Positions 39,661 to 54,700 of a stretch of 64,000 bases of DNA are shown here, piece by piece. Below the pieces are notes generated by a model that ran no database searches, was not told the DNA's origin, and saw only the letters and a program-made list of their open reading frames with translations. A program made the position numbers and the translations under genes. Location of the stretch: the NCBI GenBank assembly GCA_000934665.2, contig KZ538327.1, forward strand, positions 1-64,000, written 5' to 3'. Source of the DNA: Catajapyx aquilonaris (Eukaryota). Every line of letters begins with the position of its first letter. Within the stretch, counting starts at the first letter, position 1.

Positions 39661-42600
39661 GCCTTGAACAGTGAGCGACTCGTATTTCGGACCTCTACAT
39701 TTTCTACTGGTTTTGGATCAAGGAGTCATTTGAGCCCTGCAGATGACCTTTTGCTCGTGTTGCACCCTGTGTGACGTACTGTACTGTACCTGCCTTTCCG
39801 CGCGAAGAAGCAATCGATAATTTTGTATTGAAATTATTGATTAGTATGTTTTAAAAGTATACGTAAATCATGCCAGTGTTAGTGACTGTATATTTTTCAA
39901 ATGTTTTGAAATGACGCTCACTATACCTGACAACATGGTTACATGGCTGAAAAGTATCAATTTATGAAAAAACAAGTGCAGCCGATATGAAGCATTTCCC
40001 CCGACACTGTTACTTTAAGAATCTGTTAAATTGTGATAGGGCCCTAAAAGAAAGTGATACATGTGGGGTTGGTTGCGAGGAAAAGTCCCTGGCGCATTAT
40101 TGCTTTTTAGGTAATGGTGCTTGTTTGTAGTTTCACCATGTAGACTTTGGGCTGCGGGAGCTTTATTCCCCAACCTCCCCAAGTCTCTCTATACGGCCCC
40201 AATTAACCCGTTTTACTCCTTGTATCCGTGCGGAAAGGGTTTATTACCAAAGGTTATGTTAGTTTGAGTGCCTTTGACCGGGGGGCTTTACTGCTCCCAG
40301 CCTTGTGGAAAACAAAAGATGATGGGGGCAGCCGGTGCCATAAGGCCCCTGGGATCCACGTCTTTGGAAGAGACTTTGCATCGGAAGTGGAAGCTTGTTT
40401 ACTTTGGCCCAAGATTCTTCCGGGACTTTGCATAACATTCTGCTGAGAAGGGGGATGGAATATTTTTCTTACATATCGAGTTACGCTGCCAGTCAATCCG
40501 ACCCTCGTTTCCTGGAACATGCCAAGTGCGCCAACGATGCATCCACACCCAGTCATCCATTGCACGATCTCTCTTTTTTTTCCCCCCCCACCACCGAAAG
40601 TCATAATTCACTCGTCGACTCTTAAACCTCATTGCCAACTCAGTTGTGGAGAGGTGATTGAGTAGTCATGCCTGCGGTTCATTTTACATGACCAAAATGC
40701 GATTACCGAACCAAACTGACGCATTATGAGGGTCATTGGTGCTTGGGCATCACCAGGCTACAAACACCATCGAGTAATCACACATTATGTTTTATTACAG
40801 TATTGGGACCGGGAAATTGCCCATTTACGTCAGGGTGCGAGAGGTTGACATTGGAAGCTTCGGAATGATGCATGGGAGGAGAGATGCGGGATAAGACAAG
40901 TAAAAGTGAGATTAATATCGGGTGTAATTTGGGAGATGTGCGGAAAGATTGATGGCCATGGCTGAGGGGGCAAGGTGCGGAGGAGAAAAAAAATGTTTTC
41001 CCAAGTGCACCGTTTGGATAAGCATTTTTGCAGCATCGAGACATTCGGTGTCGACGACCTCCAGTTTACTCCCGAGTTTAGAGCATCTTCCAGAGACACA
41101 GCGCATGCCAAAATAATGTTGGGAGGTCGTGGGCCAAGTGTGAATCGTGAGTCCAGTCCGGGAACGGAAAAAAAGAAAAAAAAATGCCGATAAAGTGGCG
41201 AAATTCACTTATCGTCCGAGGTCGGCAGTGTCAAGTTCAGCGCCGGAAGATACCGCTTTTATCTTTTCGGTGGAGCTCTCCCCCTCCCACCCCCCCTCCT
41301 CCCCATAGCGACTTTGGGACGTCTCTGGCAAATATCGCCACATGAAATTGTGTAGAAGGCGTCGGTGATAAAAGGCAGTCACCACCCTTGTAATTTGGGG
41401 AGATTAGGCGGCGCAGTGCGAGTCTATCGGACTTTTAGTAGCCTGTGGTGAAATTTACACAGGCCGTTAGCCTCGATCCAGGCGGGCAATTAAGGTGGGA
41501 AAGCCGCACTGAGGAGGACGCCATCTCCATATTTCACTGCGGGACGTGATGCTCATAAAACAGTCGTAAGACATGATGGAGGAATTGCCCGTTTGTTCTT
41601 GTTGCCCCCTCCGGTTATAAGAACTAGCAGTGAAATCCTCCCTGCAACCAGCCTATCGATCCATCATCGAACCAGTTGACTCCTAACTAGTGGGCTGCTA
41701 ATTAAATAACAAGAGAAGGTCTGCTCCGGAGGAGGGTTTGCGGCTTTGCATCCCGGGCACAAGGATGGACTCGTGCAGAGCTTTACGACCTACTATATTG
41801 CACTGCTGCAACCACCAAGATTACGTATCTGCATAGAGGTTACGTCCCTGGTGCATTGTTATGGCAGGAGAATGGAGGGGGCAAAAATGGCCTCCGACGC
41901 TTGCAGCCAAGGGTGTAAGAAGTGGAAAGTAAACATCGTCACTTCCAGGATGTGTGTGTGTGTGCGTGTGTACCGGGGATCGAGACCTAAGCTGGAGACG
42001 GCTCATTTGAAAAGTTGCCAAGCAATATTCCCTGGAAACATTGGAGGAAACGCCCACCCAGCTGGCAGCCAAGCCTGCCGAGATGAATCTGGCTAGTACA
42101 CCCTCTCCAAACTCTAGTTTTTTCTTCTTCTTCTTCTTCCCTCTCGTTCTGGCGTCTCCCTTTTCTCCTCGGTATACCCCCATACTCTCTGTCTTCCGGG
42201 GCGCTGCTGGGAATAAGAGGAAAGAAGGAGAGAAGGCTTGTTGAGGGATGCCTGAGGGCCACACCTAGAGAGGCTGCCAACAACTTCCCTCTCGTGGGCA
42301 GATGAAGTGCTTTCTCCTTCCTACACTTCTTCCATTCGACCCGTACCTCCCCGGACAAAGAAAACAGCAGCTCGCGTCCCGGAAAATGAACCTTCCTCGG
42401 CCGAAAGTGCTCCCCGATTTCATGGAACAAAAAGTTTGGCCAGTAACCCGTCTATCTGGATAGAGCTGGCCGCCGTGTGTAGTCACGTGAAAACGTGGAA
42501 TCCAGCTCCAACTTGGGCTATTGAGTCCGTCCGTAGGTCAGGCGGTGTTACAAAAGTGGTGCTGGACCAGCGCACCTGTCGGCCAGCCGCGTTTCTTGCA

Positions 42601-45600
42601 AACAAAAGCGACTGCTATGACGTGAGTGGTGGACGCTCTTTTGTTGCCGGATGTGATACCGCAGGCGTTTGTGTTTGTTGGCGCTCCAACCCCTACAAGG
42701 CATTTGTGGGCTGTCGATACGTAAACCGTTTGTTATCAGTGTCGTATAATGCACACACGCAGAATAATGGTCATAAACCGATGTTACGGCTTTGCGGACA
42801 TAACAGGAGCAGTTCATACGTCCTGCTTTGGCACGTTTTCATGCGAAAAGCGGTGGGTTACTCGGGCTGAAATGTGTCGCGTCCGAGAGGGAGGGGACCA
42901 GGCGCCAACTACTGAGGGGGGTGAATTAAATGCCACTTTTACGGCGTATCGGGGGGATCGCCGGCACAGGTCACGTTCTGCCATCGAGTTGCAGTTGACA
43001 CCATCTGAAGGTTTGACGTGTCGGGCTCCAAGTGCGCTGCTCGGGATCCAAATAGAGATTTAAACCCCCAGGCGGTGTCTTCCCTGGGGCTTGTGTCAAG
43101 TCGTCTCCCACCATGGGAAAGGGAAACGGAGAGCGTGGATTGGGTGCAGCACAGATATTTATAGCCGTTTCCGACAGCCAGGGATGTTGTCAGGGAAGGG
43201 GTCATGAATGTCGGTGGCTCGGTGCTCGAACCGCGCCGAATTGGAGATTTTCATTAATGATGCATCAGGAGGGGAAACATTTTTACTTACTGGCTGGTTG
43301 ATGCCTTGCCGGCTTGTGCCTGTATGGCGTTAGCGATGCCCTCTAAACATGCACATGGTGCATGTGATGCCGTTCAATATTGATCCGGCCAAACAAGTGC
43401 TTTTACAAATAAAGCTGATACTAGTGCGGTGTATGTACTTGCCACTGAATAGAAATTATACCACAGGTGCATACATCACGTTTTCCCACACCAGCCTGCT
43501 GGCCGCTACTGTATATACTGATGAAAGTTTACAATGTACACTCTGGGGAACCGTCATACCTCCGAGGTAGCTACATTTAGTGCAACTATACTGCTGGACG
43601 CCAACGTTGCACATTTTTTTCGGCCGGCTGTCCTGATGGTATTACTTGAAGGATATATGAGGTGTACCCGAAGTATGTCAAATTTCCGCGCATTAATTTT
43701 GGGATCCAAAGTTTGTGGACACACGCTGAAACATAATGCACCGAGATTCGGATGATATAACGCCGCGCGTTTTCGCTTTTAGACTGCATTTTGCCCGGTA
43801 TCTCAAAGTACACAGAGCAAGTCAAACATGGAAGAATGGGTTCCACATTTAGCGGCGGCGGTCCCCAGGATTAATTTCGGAGCACGTCCGTGCATCCCAA
43901 CTCACAGATATGTCACGTAGTCAGCGAAACCTTCCCCAGCACAAGGCGTGTGTAGACAGGAGTCAACACCAGCGCTTTCTTGTCATTAATTAGGATTCAA
44001 TTAGCGTGGGGGAAATGCACACATTCCCTCAAAAAAAAGTATACCCGGGGTAGAGAAAAAAGGCCCAACATGAATGGTCCGGCACGCCTGACAGCAAGGG
44101 ACATTTCTGCCATCAGGTGGGAGAGCAGTAAGTAAAGTCAAACATTTGTGCGGTAGCTTTGTCAGCGGTGGCAAACAAATTTTGAGACCAGGCCATCCCA
44201 CATGCCCACATCCTGTCAACGATAAGCCCCAGAGAAATCCCAGTCCTGATGTAGTTGCGTAGGGCTGCGTAAATTGGCCGGAGCGCGTGTAGTGCATGCG
44301 TTGCCTGGGTCCGGAAACAAACGGTGCCAAACCCGGGATTTAATGCGGCTCCAGAGGGTGCCAAGATCCTCGACAAGGTGAGCAGCCTGTTTTTAAAAAC
44401 GTCGCTCATATTTTTTCCCCGTCTTTCCTGTCCGTTTTACTCCTTCCGCGGATTGGATGTGGAAAAATATGTCATCCCCTTCTCGTTACTTTGCATCCTG
44501 GAGATAACCCGATTTTTTTTTCTCCCCCATTCCGCTCCTGCTGTTCATGCGATGCAACAGGCTGGGGGGAAAGTTGTTTTCCCAAAAAGTGTAAGATTAT
44601 GGATGTACCAAGGGTGGTGTAATTAACTGTCTGACAAGGCAGAGGAAGAAGCTTCATAAAAGGCACGAGTTGAACTTTGTTGTACTCTTTGGAACGATTC
44701 CACAGTAAACAGCAGCCAGGATGTTGGCAACAGCTCGCTGTATACTAATTTACTTGTTCCCTGGTCTATATTTGTTTCACGTACTTACTTGTTAGTAAAA
44801 GCCTGGGAAAGAGTTTTTACATCAGATGTTCCAACCCACTGAAAACTCGAGTGGAAAAACAAAATATTTGCTACAGTAGGCGCGTGAAATGGACAATGGC
44901 GAATAATTTTATATACCGAGTGAATATTATTTTGATGCGTGTTGAATTTTCGTTGCGTGCTGATGCATCGGATTTAGCTTTTGCCTGAAAAGCATCAGAT
45001 TAGGTGGATTCACGTGGGAGGTCCATTAGAGGGCAACAGATGAAATCCATCGGTGGAAGACTCGGAGAAAATCGCTAATTGGAAAACCTATCTGGATGCA
45101 GGTTGGAATCCGCAGGCCAGGCTAATTAGCGTGCACCGGTGGGCAATATATTTTCATATAGATTGTTGCGGAATTATGTGCGCTGGTGCTGGTGGGTCGC
45201 TGTTGGCGAGCAGGCCCGAAAAACGCGTGGGAAATGGGATAGCATGCGCCAAAGTAGATTGGTGGATTGAATGTATAGTTCGTTTGCGGTCCTGTGATGT
45301 ACTGTACGCCAGCAGATCATTCGTGCAATGGCAGTATTGTAGTTGGAACATTACATAACGTATGCACATCGGTAATTACGTGTTTCGAAGAGAGCCCAGT
45401 CCCTGAGCGGCATAATATATATCTCCGGGGGTGTATAGGGATAGAGGGTGGGGGCTGCTCATCTAGGGAGACCGCCGAAACTCGCCAGAGTCCACCCATG
45501 AGGAAGCTACGTTTGAGACGTGCAAATGTAATATGCGAGTTCTCATAAAGTCGGTGCAATTCGCACGGCTGCTCACGTATGTATAATGAGTCGGGGGAGC

Positions 45601-48600
45601 CTTAATGCACGCACCTGCGAGCGACTTCCCTCTGGTGTGGTTTGAACCAGGCTCCAGAACAAAAGAACAACAATGACGGCTTCCTTTGAAGTGGCCCCTC
45701 AAAGCACAACGGGGAAGGCGGGTGCGCTGCTGAAGGAAACCTTCTTGACGTTATGAATATTTTATTCCAGGGATGTGTATACTGTAGGCAGGATTTACAT
45801 TCGAGGAGATTATCCTCAAGTCTAGTTCCGAGCATACTTTTGTTAGGGACGCTCAGGAGCCATAGATATCTAGGCGGCAAGGCCGTGGTCTCGACTGGTA
45901 GGAGCTGAAAATAATTAGAAGGATGCTCGATTGTTTTCAGAGACGGCCTGTAATTTACTGACGTCTACAAGTGCAGGTGGTTTGGGAGGTTGTTTGCAAG
46001 TGAAGGGCAAGTTGGCGAGCGCTAAAGTGAACTTCTACAGTTCCCTGGGGCGCTGTCTTGTGGAAGCCAGCTTTCGAGGTGGCGGTTCGGCCACATTCAC
46101 CAATGTATATAGGCGCTAGTTGTATGCGGCACACTGATGTGTTAATGACGTGCGAGCATCCTCTATGATTATTAATGAGTCCACCTCAAAAATTCTGATG
46201 ATCCATATTATAATAATTTTGGCACGAATGATTGGCAGTGCAATTATCGCCCCTTATTGGTATTACCCCCGCTGCCATTTTACCCGATTTTAATTATTCC
46301 TGGAGTTGTAATCCTGGAATAAAAAACGGAGCCAACCCTGTCATATGACCTATTGTACTTTTTGATCCAACGCTGAGGACCCCCTGGGATTGAATCATGT
46401 GGGTGAACCTAGGCGTAATCCCTTCTGAATGAAGTACAGTACAGAAATGGTGGATTGCAATTTCTGGTTACTGTACGCACCATGCCAGAAACAATAAAAA
46501 AACATAGGGAAGGGTGCTGGGCAACGAGGGGCAGAGAAGCTGCCGATTATGCAGTGTCGATGACGTTGATGGATTATTGGAGGGATTTGGATGGGTTGCG
46601 GCCGACATGCGAACAAGACTGGCTCGTGTTGTGTGAGTTATGCACAGTAGAGGCGGCAGTCGGGAGAGTGGCGATTCCCGGTGAAATGTTGCGTGGGATT
46701 TTCAGCTGGGGGACCGGATTAATCGGCTTGAAATCAAAATGGATGGTATTGGAAATAAAATGCTAATAGGATTAAAACGCGGTCGACCCGGATGATATTC
46801 ACTAACTTACCTACTGTTCCTTTGTTACGAGTTCATTATTCGGGTATTACTGTGCTGTACAGATTCATACGGAGCAATGCAGTTGTATGGTGGCTATGAA
46901 CCCGAATTCCATTTTTTTGAGGCTTGGGAGCGCAGGCTAGCGGAATAAATGAAAGCAATGTACATTTCTTTTGAGGGCAAAGGAGGTATAGAGGATCAAA
47001 GCCGTCCTTCAGCTCATCCTGCCTTATGGTTTTCTACTTGTGGAATAGGCACGGCACCCGTCATTTCTGTGGGCAAAAAGCGAACGCCAAACTCGTGCTC
47101 TCCTTTTGGACCCTGGCTTGTCTTGATACCCTTATTCTGCATGCATGAATGCATTTTAAAAGTCGCGAGTTGAAAACTCGATTAACTTCCCGGCACTTCC
47201 CAAAGCTTGGACTGGAAATTCCAATAAACCCCCATTTTTCCCCTCCAACAGTTCCGGTTTACTTTTCCCATTGTGGCTCCCAACCCACCTCACTTTCCAC
47301 CCTCTCTCTTCAACTTTGGACCAAAATTTCCCCGGAAAAATTAGTATGCCTGCGTTCATTAGTCGGAAGTGTCTGAAAGCTTAGAAGCAGACGTTTGTAA
47401 TGAGAAGGGAATGTGCTGCCACTCTGTTGTCGACCGCCAGACTGCATTTTCCTTGCTTTTTTCCCCCATTTTTAAATGGTGTGTTTTCCTGCATAATAAG
47501 CCTGGCTAGCTTTTCAGACGAATAAACCCGCTTTGTACAGTCATTGTTTCCGGGAGCGTTTGAAATACCACGAATAAGATAGTGATCATAGCATGTGTAT
47601 CCTTCCGTGGCTTGCCAATAGTATGTGGTGAGGCGCAATATACTCCGAAATTGACCAATTGGTGAGGTGTAAGCTATCAAGAAACGGTTGTTTTTTTTCT
47701 GATTCAAGGCCACGTATTCAGTTATTTCGTAAATCCTTTCGTGGTGGGTGTTGATAGGTCACGCCACCATTATGCGTTGTGGGAGTCATGACCTAGACTT
47801 TCAGGAATTGTGAACATTGTGCAAGGAGCAGCGTGCTATAGTTGAGGCCAACGAGTTTGATATTGGTATTGACCCATGCACCATGGGAGGGTGATTGGGA
47901 TTTTGGTGACACGCTCGAGCAGTTAGTTGCAACTGGGAAGCAGAGGGGGGGATCAGGGGAAAACGAATTTCATTGACGTGCTGCTGAAACGTCCCAGCGT
48001 TCCATGCGTGATGTATGCAAAAATTAACTCTGCCTAATTCAATCGACGGGAGTTAATTTTTGTCGCCTCTTTACTGTACATGCAAATTGCATTATTTTTC
48101 CCGCTGCAGTCGCCTAATTCTAATTCCGGCTCTGCGACTGTCAATGAAATCAAATGACTGGACAGGTTTTGGGGCAAAGGCGCCACTTGTAGGGCAGACA
48201 TGATGGTCCATTCTGAATGGATGGATTGTCGATGACTCCCAGGACCTGTATGTGAAGAAAGAAAGCTGGGACGATATTGATTTTTATCGGACAAATCCCG
48301 TTTGCAAAGTTGCCGACGACTGGGGTGCATTTGAATAGTATATTAAAACGTCACATCCAGAGACCTAACGGTTCATTAAAGTTGCAGGGGCTGTAAAAAC
48401 GAGCAGCGCCCCCCCTGTGGAAGGGGGGCGACATCCAAATGGGGGCTTTCTCCCGAGTGGGGGCGGAGATGATTATACGGAACTATTGTTATTCCAACAG
48501 ACTTTTCCCCTTTCGGCCTTTTGGATGCAACGCTCTCCTTCTTCCTACCCTACACTCTTCGTTCAGTTTCCACTTAGGAAGTGGAAAAAAATAATCATTT

Positions 48601-48743
48601 TTTCCGCTTATAATAAGAGGAAAAAGGGCCCTTTTCATATTAAAACTGCCGCAATTTCCGATTTAAATAGCCCTAATTTCCACAAAATAAGTGGAAGATT
48701 TATTTTTTTCACATTTAAGTGGAAAGGGTGGTTTTAAGAGGGA

Positions 48744-48763
48744 NNNNNNNNNNNNNNNNNNNN
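48744..48763. other. Assembly gap (20 N) next to a poly-C run
   Basis: Ns seen directly. Single Ns also occur in or beside C/G homopolymers at 11661, 54979, 60080 and 60984. Confidence 0.95.
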
Positions 48764-51700
48764 CCCCCCCCCCCCCACTTAACTTACGTATTATTAGTGG
48801 AAACTGAACGTGCATTGATAAGTCCCAAAGGGGTTTTTTTTCCCCCTTGGGTTTTTGGACATCTTGTCGGACGATATCCAAAGCCTCCAAAGCGTAGAGT
48901 GGGTCAAGTCAGCACGCTGTTTGGGTAATAGGCAGTTAAATAAGACTTATGACAACCTAGTAATATTTTAAATAGAAATGGATAGCCCATTTAATATCTT
49001 CGTTTTTGGGATAAAATCCGCCATTTCGGGAAAGTTGATAATACTTGCTGCTGTGAGCAGTATATAGCGAGTGTTTTTAAATGTATGATGATGAAAGCTA
49101 CTTGTAAATATGGATACACCGTAGAAATTGTACTGAATTTGTGCAATAACAAAAATATTGTACTCACAGGGACATGCAAAGACCTGAAATCTAAGTCACA
49201 TTGCACTGAAATGATTTAGAGATGTGACAATTTGAAGATTGCGTTTGCCCTTATTGGAACCATTTAAAAATATCTCTTAAGGGACTAATTGATACATTAG
49301 TAAACTATCTGGTTAGAAGAAAATGCGAGTCATTGACTATACATTTCACAATGCGCAGCTATATTTCTATCAGTGTGTGACTCGGATCATATCGCAAATC
49401 AGGTTTTCCAGTGAAATTAGTTGTGACATTTCTACGAATGCCCCCTACTAGATCCGTGGCATAATTTGGTTGTCAATGTTCGGGGCCCAGAAAGGAGCCT
49501 TTGATCATATTTTCATGTTATGTCGCAGGTCACGCAGTCCTCGTTGTCCGCTAAATTGATTGCTGATTTTTTTGCTGACAGCTCGAGAGTACCTCCACTT
49601 ACTAAAAACCACGGATGAAACGTGGTTTCCCTTTACGATTTCAATTTTGATCATATGCAGCGGATTCAAAGGGAAAGCAACAGTAACCTGAGGCTCACCC
49701 ATTCATTAATAATAGCCTACCAGTCATAATATCAATTTATGGCCGAAAATTGCTGAAAAACTGGGAAAGGGCTTGCTGCTGAAATATGGCAATATATAAC
49801 ACAATGTAATGAAGGGAGGGTTGTTAAAATTGCATGAGATGCAGTTGCCATTTACACATGTGGGTTATAGAGCCTCTATTTATCAGGGAGTCAACATTCA
49901 TCCATTCCAAGTTGAGTTCGAATGTACTGATAGCCGAGTTGTGCTGATGTCATTCGAATGTCACTATTGGCTCACGGGAATGAGATCTGACAACTGGTAA
50001 GTTCTACCCCAGCAAGAGATTTCAACATTTACGCACATTTTCTGAAACCTGACGCCGAGAAGAAAGAAGTGGGACAGCTCCATGGTATCATTATGTTTCT
50101 TAACTTTAATTTCTTGGGGAGAAAACGTAGGAGGAAAGCCGTCGTTTCTGCTGACGGCGGTGGAATTACTAATTACAAGTTGTCACAGGAAAGAGAGTGA
50201 AGCAGCAAGCCTCTACGCGTAGTACGCGGCTGGACGTGGAGAAAATGAGAAACTGGTAGAGCTAAGCCGTGCTCAAAAGTAGATTATGTTGTCTGTCTCC
50301 CTACGTGACTCCCAGCCAAGAAGCTCCAAAAACTTCCTGAATTAAATTACCTATTCTCTCTATGTGGGGGGCCCTAAATTTATAAGGGAAGGGAGCCTTC
50401 CTCAGCGAGATGGATGACCGTCGCATTCGTCTGGATGATTGCGATCGGAAGTGAAGGGATTTCGCTCGGGGATCTTATTCCGACTGTCCATCAAGCCTTC
50501 TGCACTCATTTCGTTACCAATTTTTCTCTTTTTCTCGTTCCCCGTTCATTTCTCTTTCAGGACTGAAAACAGGCGCAATAATAATGCAGAAGAGACGCGC
50601 ACTAAGGCCAAGTCAAGGGCGGCCAAAATGTTTCATTTGAGTTGGAGGTAGATGGGGGATCTGAAGCCACCTCTTGCCAACTTTATGCCCGGAGTGATAA
50701 TCCATCGCGGGGCGAGCTGGGAGAACAAGCCCAGAAGACCCCCTCCGATATCATTTGGAACAGGGAGACTGTGAAGAATGACGGCCGTTATCTTTTCAAA
50801 GGAGAAACTTTTTTTCTCTCTCTCTCTCTCTCTCCTCCCCCCTTTTTCCTCTTCGCAAAGAATAGTAGAGGGAGTTACGGACCCTCGTACAAATCTCCCG
50901 AAATGGGCAGATAATTTTTTGGGGAGTCTTTTTGCACGGGGAAAAGCGTGGGAGGAAGGAGAGTGTTTAGATGTATGCCGCTATTGTTTCTAACACTTGG
51001 CTGGAACGAGCCTTTTCTCATTGCTGACGGTGTCACTTTAGGAGTATTCTTCTTTCTTGGCAGATGCTATGTCAGATTTTTTGGGGGACGCCTGGGAAGA
51101 AACCCAGAGACGTATTTAACGTGGGAGTTGCAAACTGCATGTTGCCTGCCATTCTTAGTAGCACAAGTTGTGTGTGTGTTTTTTTTACTACAAAAGTTTG
51201 GATAAATTGAGCTCGAACAGCGTTTTTCATTTTCCAGCCCGCGGAGATTCAAAGCACCGATTTAGTATCACGCTCTCAGGTCTTTTCACAAACTTTTCGA
51301 AGGAGATTAGGATTTTTGGTTCCTTTTTTCCTCTCTCGCCCCAGAAGTTACGCCTCCGCTGGGAATATTTCAGTAACCGTGGCCATGTCGAAAAGACCGT
51401 TTTTGACTTTGTACCGGAGGTGCAGAACTTTGGGAAGAACATTGCAGTCGTGAAAATTCGGCAATTATTTTTTAAATAGGGCGCTTGATTTACTTTTTCC
51501 AGAGATGTCATAATATCTTGTCTGAATAGCGCAGGTTCATTGATTTGGGTAGAAAGTCCAATAATTGATGAAAATATACATTAGGTATAGTAGGTTATGT
51601 CGCCTTCTTAACTAAGAATCCATTTCATGGTCGTACAAACTCGGAAAGGAGTCCTGTTCTCATGTAAGAGTGCCATATCGTTGCACTGATAAGGTCTGTA

Positions 51701-54700
51701 GCAGGGCTCACATTTAGCCCGAATGGAAAGCTAATAGTGCGGAACCGCAGACGATAACACCGTCAACTTTGTCAGCAGTTTCTGCAGTAAGTGTAGACTC
51801 GCCCATTTTCTCTTAGCGCCACTGGGAACTTGCCATCTCCCCCCTTCGCAATGCTGGCAGCCAACGGGGGTCGAGGATTATATTAATTGCGGAGATAACG
51901 GCTCGGGATTATTAAGCTGGTGGTGGATCCCTCAAGAAGATTTGGCTGAGCTATATGTGCCCGACTAATTCAATTTATCTTCCGTCAACATGCGTTTGGG
52001 AAGGTACAACTTGGCAGCCAGAAGTGGTGCACGGTGCTGTAACATGAACTATGCAGACAGGGGTAGTTGGACGAACAACGAGAGAGCAACACGATACCAG
52101 GCTCGGCACGTACACGGCTTTTCCTTTGAATGCACCGTTGACGAGAGATAGAGAGGCGAGAACAAGCGGCACTTGTGCACATATTTTGTAATCGGCAATA
52201 GCAACTGCGAAGCATGTGCTCGGCTTCTCCCCCGTTTTTTCCGTTGTAAAAAAGACGATTTTTTTTTTTCAACGGCTTTCTAAAACGTTCCAGCCCTTTA
52301 TCTCCCGAAGGGCAATCTGTCATCAATATTGGACGTTACTCTCGGAGAAAGTCAGCGGGCCGTTGCCAGGAAAGTTTTCGGGCAGGGAGGGCCTTGGTGG
52401 GTGGTGGGGGTGACTAAAAATGCTTCACCACTTCCAGCTCTGGTTTCTGTGACATTACGAAAACCCCCGAGGGATTGGTGTTGTGCTAATTCAATATTCT
52501 CGTCTCCTCGCTAATAAGCCTTCCAGTTGCGTGTACGGACTCTGCATATACACAAGTAACGATTTGTAGGGCCTGTCGTGCAGGGCTGACATCAAGACCC
52601 CCTAGAATGACAAAGTTTCATACAGTACAAGACTCGCTACATTCAATTTTTGGAAAGGGGGTGCTGGAACGCAAGAGTTTGTATCCACCAAGCGAAAAAA
52701 AGAGCGGATGATTTTTTATACTGTTTTTCTGCAAATCGATTTCTCCCCGCAAAGGCCCGGGTCGATGGCTTTATGCCTTTAGCGGGCTCCAGTACATCCT
52801 GACGATGCATACATAATACTGTAACAACGTTTCACTTGGTATAACCGGGACGAGCCGGAACGTGGACCCACACAGAAAGAGGATGGACCGGAATTCAACA
52901 AAGAGCCGAGGCTCCAGCTTAACGTCATACATTCCGACGTAATGGCGAGACTTTTTTTCTCTCTTCTTCATGTAATTGGCACAAGGGCGGACCACAAAGG
53001 TGGTCCCGTGCAAGCTCTCTTAGTAACACGGCCTTGATGTCGTAAATATAATTCTTGGCAAATGTGAAAGGGGGGAGGGGGGAGGGGCGTTGGCCGGAGG
53101 CACCATAAATCCCGCTTTGGCTACAATAGACCCAATAAAGAGGTAACTGTAAAATAAACCGGGAGACTGAGTGAGGCGGTGATTTTCTGAAACGGAGCCC
53201 GGAGCCGCGGATATTGGGTTGGCCAGATGCCCGGATCCAATAACGCCGTTATATGCAAGGGTTGGCGGGGAAGGGGGTGGAAGAAGTGACCTTTGATTTG
53301 CTGCGGGCCTTCTCTGACCTTTCTTTTATCCGACTCAAATTAATGGACTCTTTTTGGGCAGAGTTAGATGCTTTAGGGGGTGTGTTTGTGTATTTATTGG
53401 AATGCTTGCAACTTGAAGTGAAATTGTTGGGGGGAGGGGGGGGGGGTGAACCGGGGTTATCAAAGTTGCAGGTTCGACGTTATACTGCGTAATGTTATTC
53501 AAAGTTGACATGTGCAGAAAGTTTATTGGTCAAGCTATTCGCGTTTTATATCACAGTTAAGCAGGGTGGAAATGCATAATGTCCAGATTTTGATGGCGGA
53601 AAATCCCGAAGAAATGCAATTTGTGCATGGCTTCATGACCTTAAAATATTGAAAATTTTCTCGTAAACTCAAATATGGCCTAGAGGTGATATGAATGAGA
53701 ATGATGAAACGTGACGTCAAATACTGCTCATATTTGCATGGATATTTAATTTCAAATGCAAGCTACAACGATGGTGACGTATATATGCCTATTCACAAAG
53801 TAAAAGGAAATACTACGCACCTGGTGGGAAAGCCCAGAAACATAACTACTCCTGCTAACTGTTGATATTGGTCTATTTTGTGCATTGCCATGGATCAATA
53901 CCGGCAATACATGGTATTTTACAAAAATGTGCGAAAGTGTGTGGACAAATATGTGTGTACAGTACATATGGAAAGGATGGTTTAATTAACCCGTTTGGAG
54001 TTTGGAACTCCTCTTAATTTGTAAAATATATGTGGCTATTTTCAATGCTGAATTTTCAACATTGTTGTGGATTTACATCCAGTGTCTACTTTCCATGTTT
54101 TTCTGCCATATTTCACCGAAGGCATCTGTCTATTTGTCAATCATGCTCACTTGTATATTCAGTATATTCCTTGGTACAAGGGAGATATGCACCGGTTTCA
54201 GTTCTACGACGAGTTTGCTGGGAGGGTGACCTTCCAAAGGCCTCTGCACTGCACACTTTTGCCATTCCATTTACATACATATGAAGTCGAGCTATGATTT
54301 TACCCGTCATAACAAAAATTATGAAGGCGTCCTATACTCCCTTCTTCCCACGCTAGGGTTCCTACTCTACTTATTCCGCAACAAGTGATGACGTACGCTG
54401 TTAACTGCCTCTTAAACATTTGATGACCGTGACCAGAAATCCAACAGCATGATCATATTGGGCGTCGAGCGAAAGCGACAATGAAATTATTACTAAAAGT
54501 TCAATGACCCAGGAAAAATGAGGGCCGAAGTTTAAGGTAGTAAAAATAGTAGATATTAAAGTGCATATGTTTATGTCGTGGCCCTTTCAGCCTGTACAAG
54601 GTATTTCAATATCATTTTGACGAACAAAGTGAGTTCCTGGGCATTTGCGTCATTTTGTTTCCGAATCCTCGTTACTGAGATAATTAGCGCTAAGTGAAAA

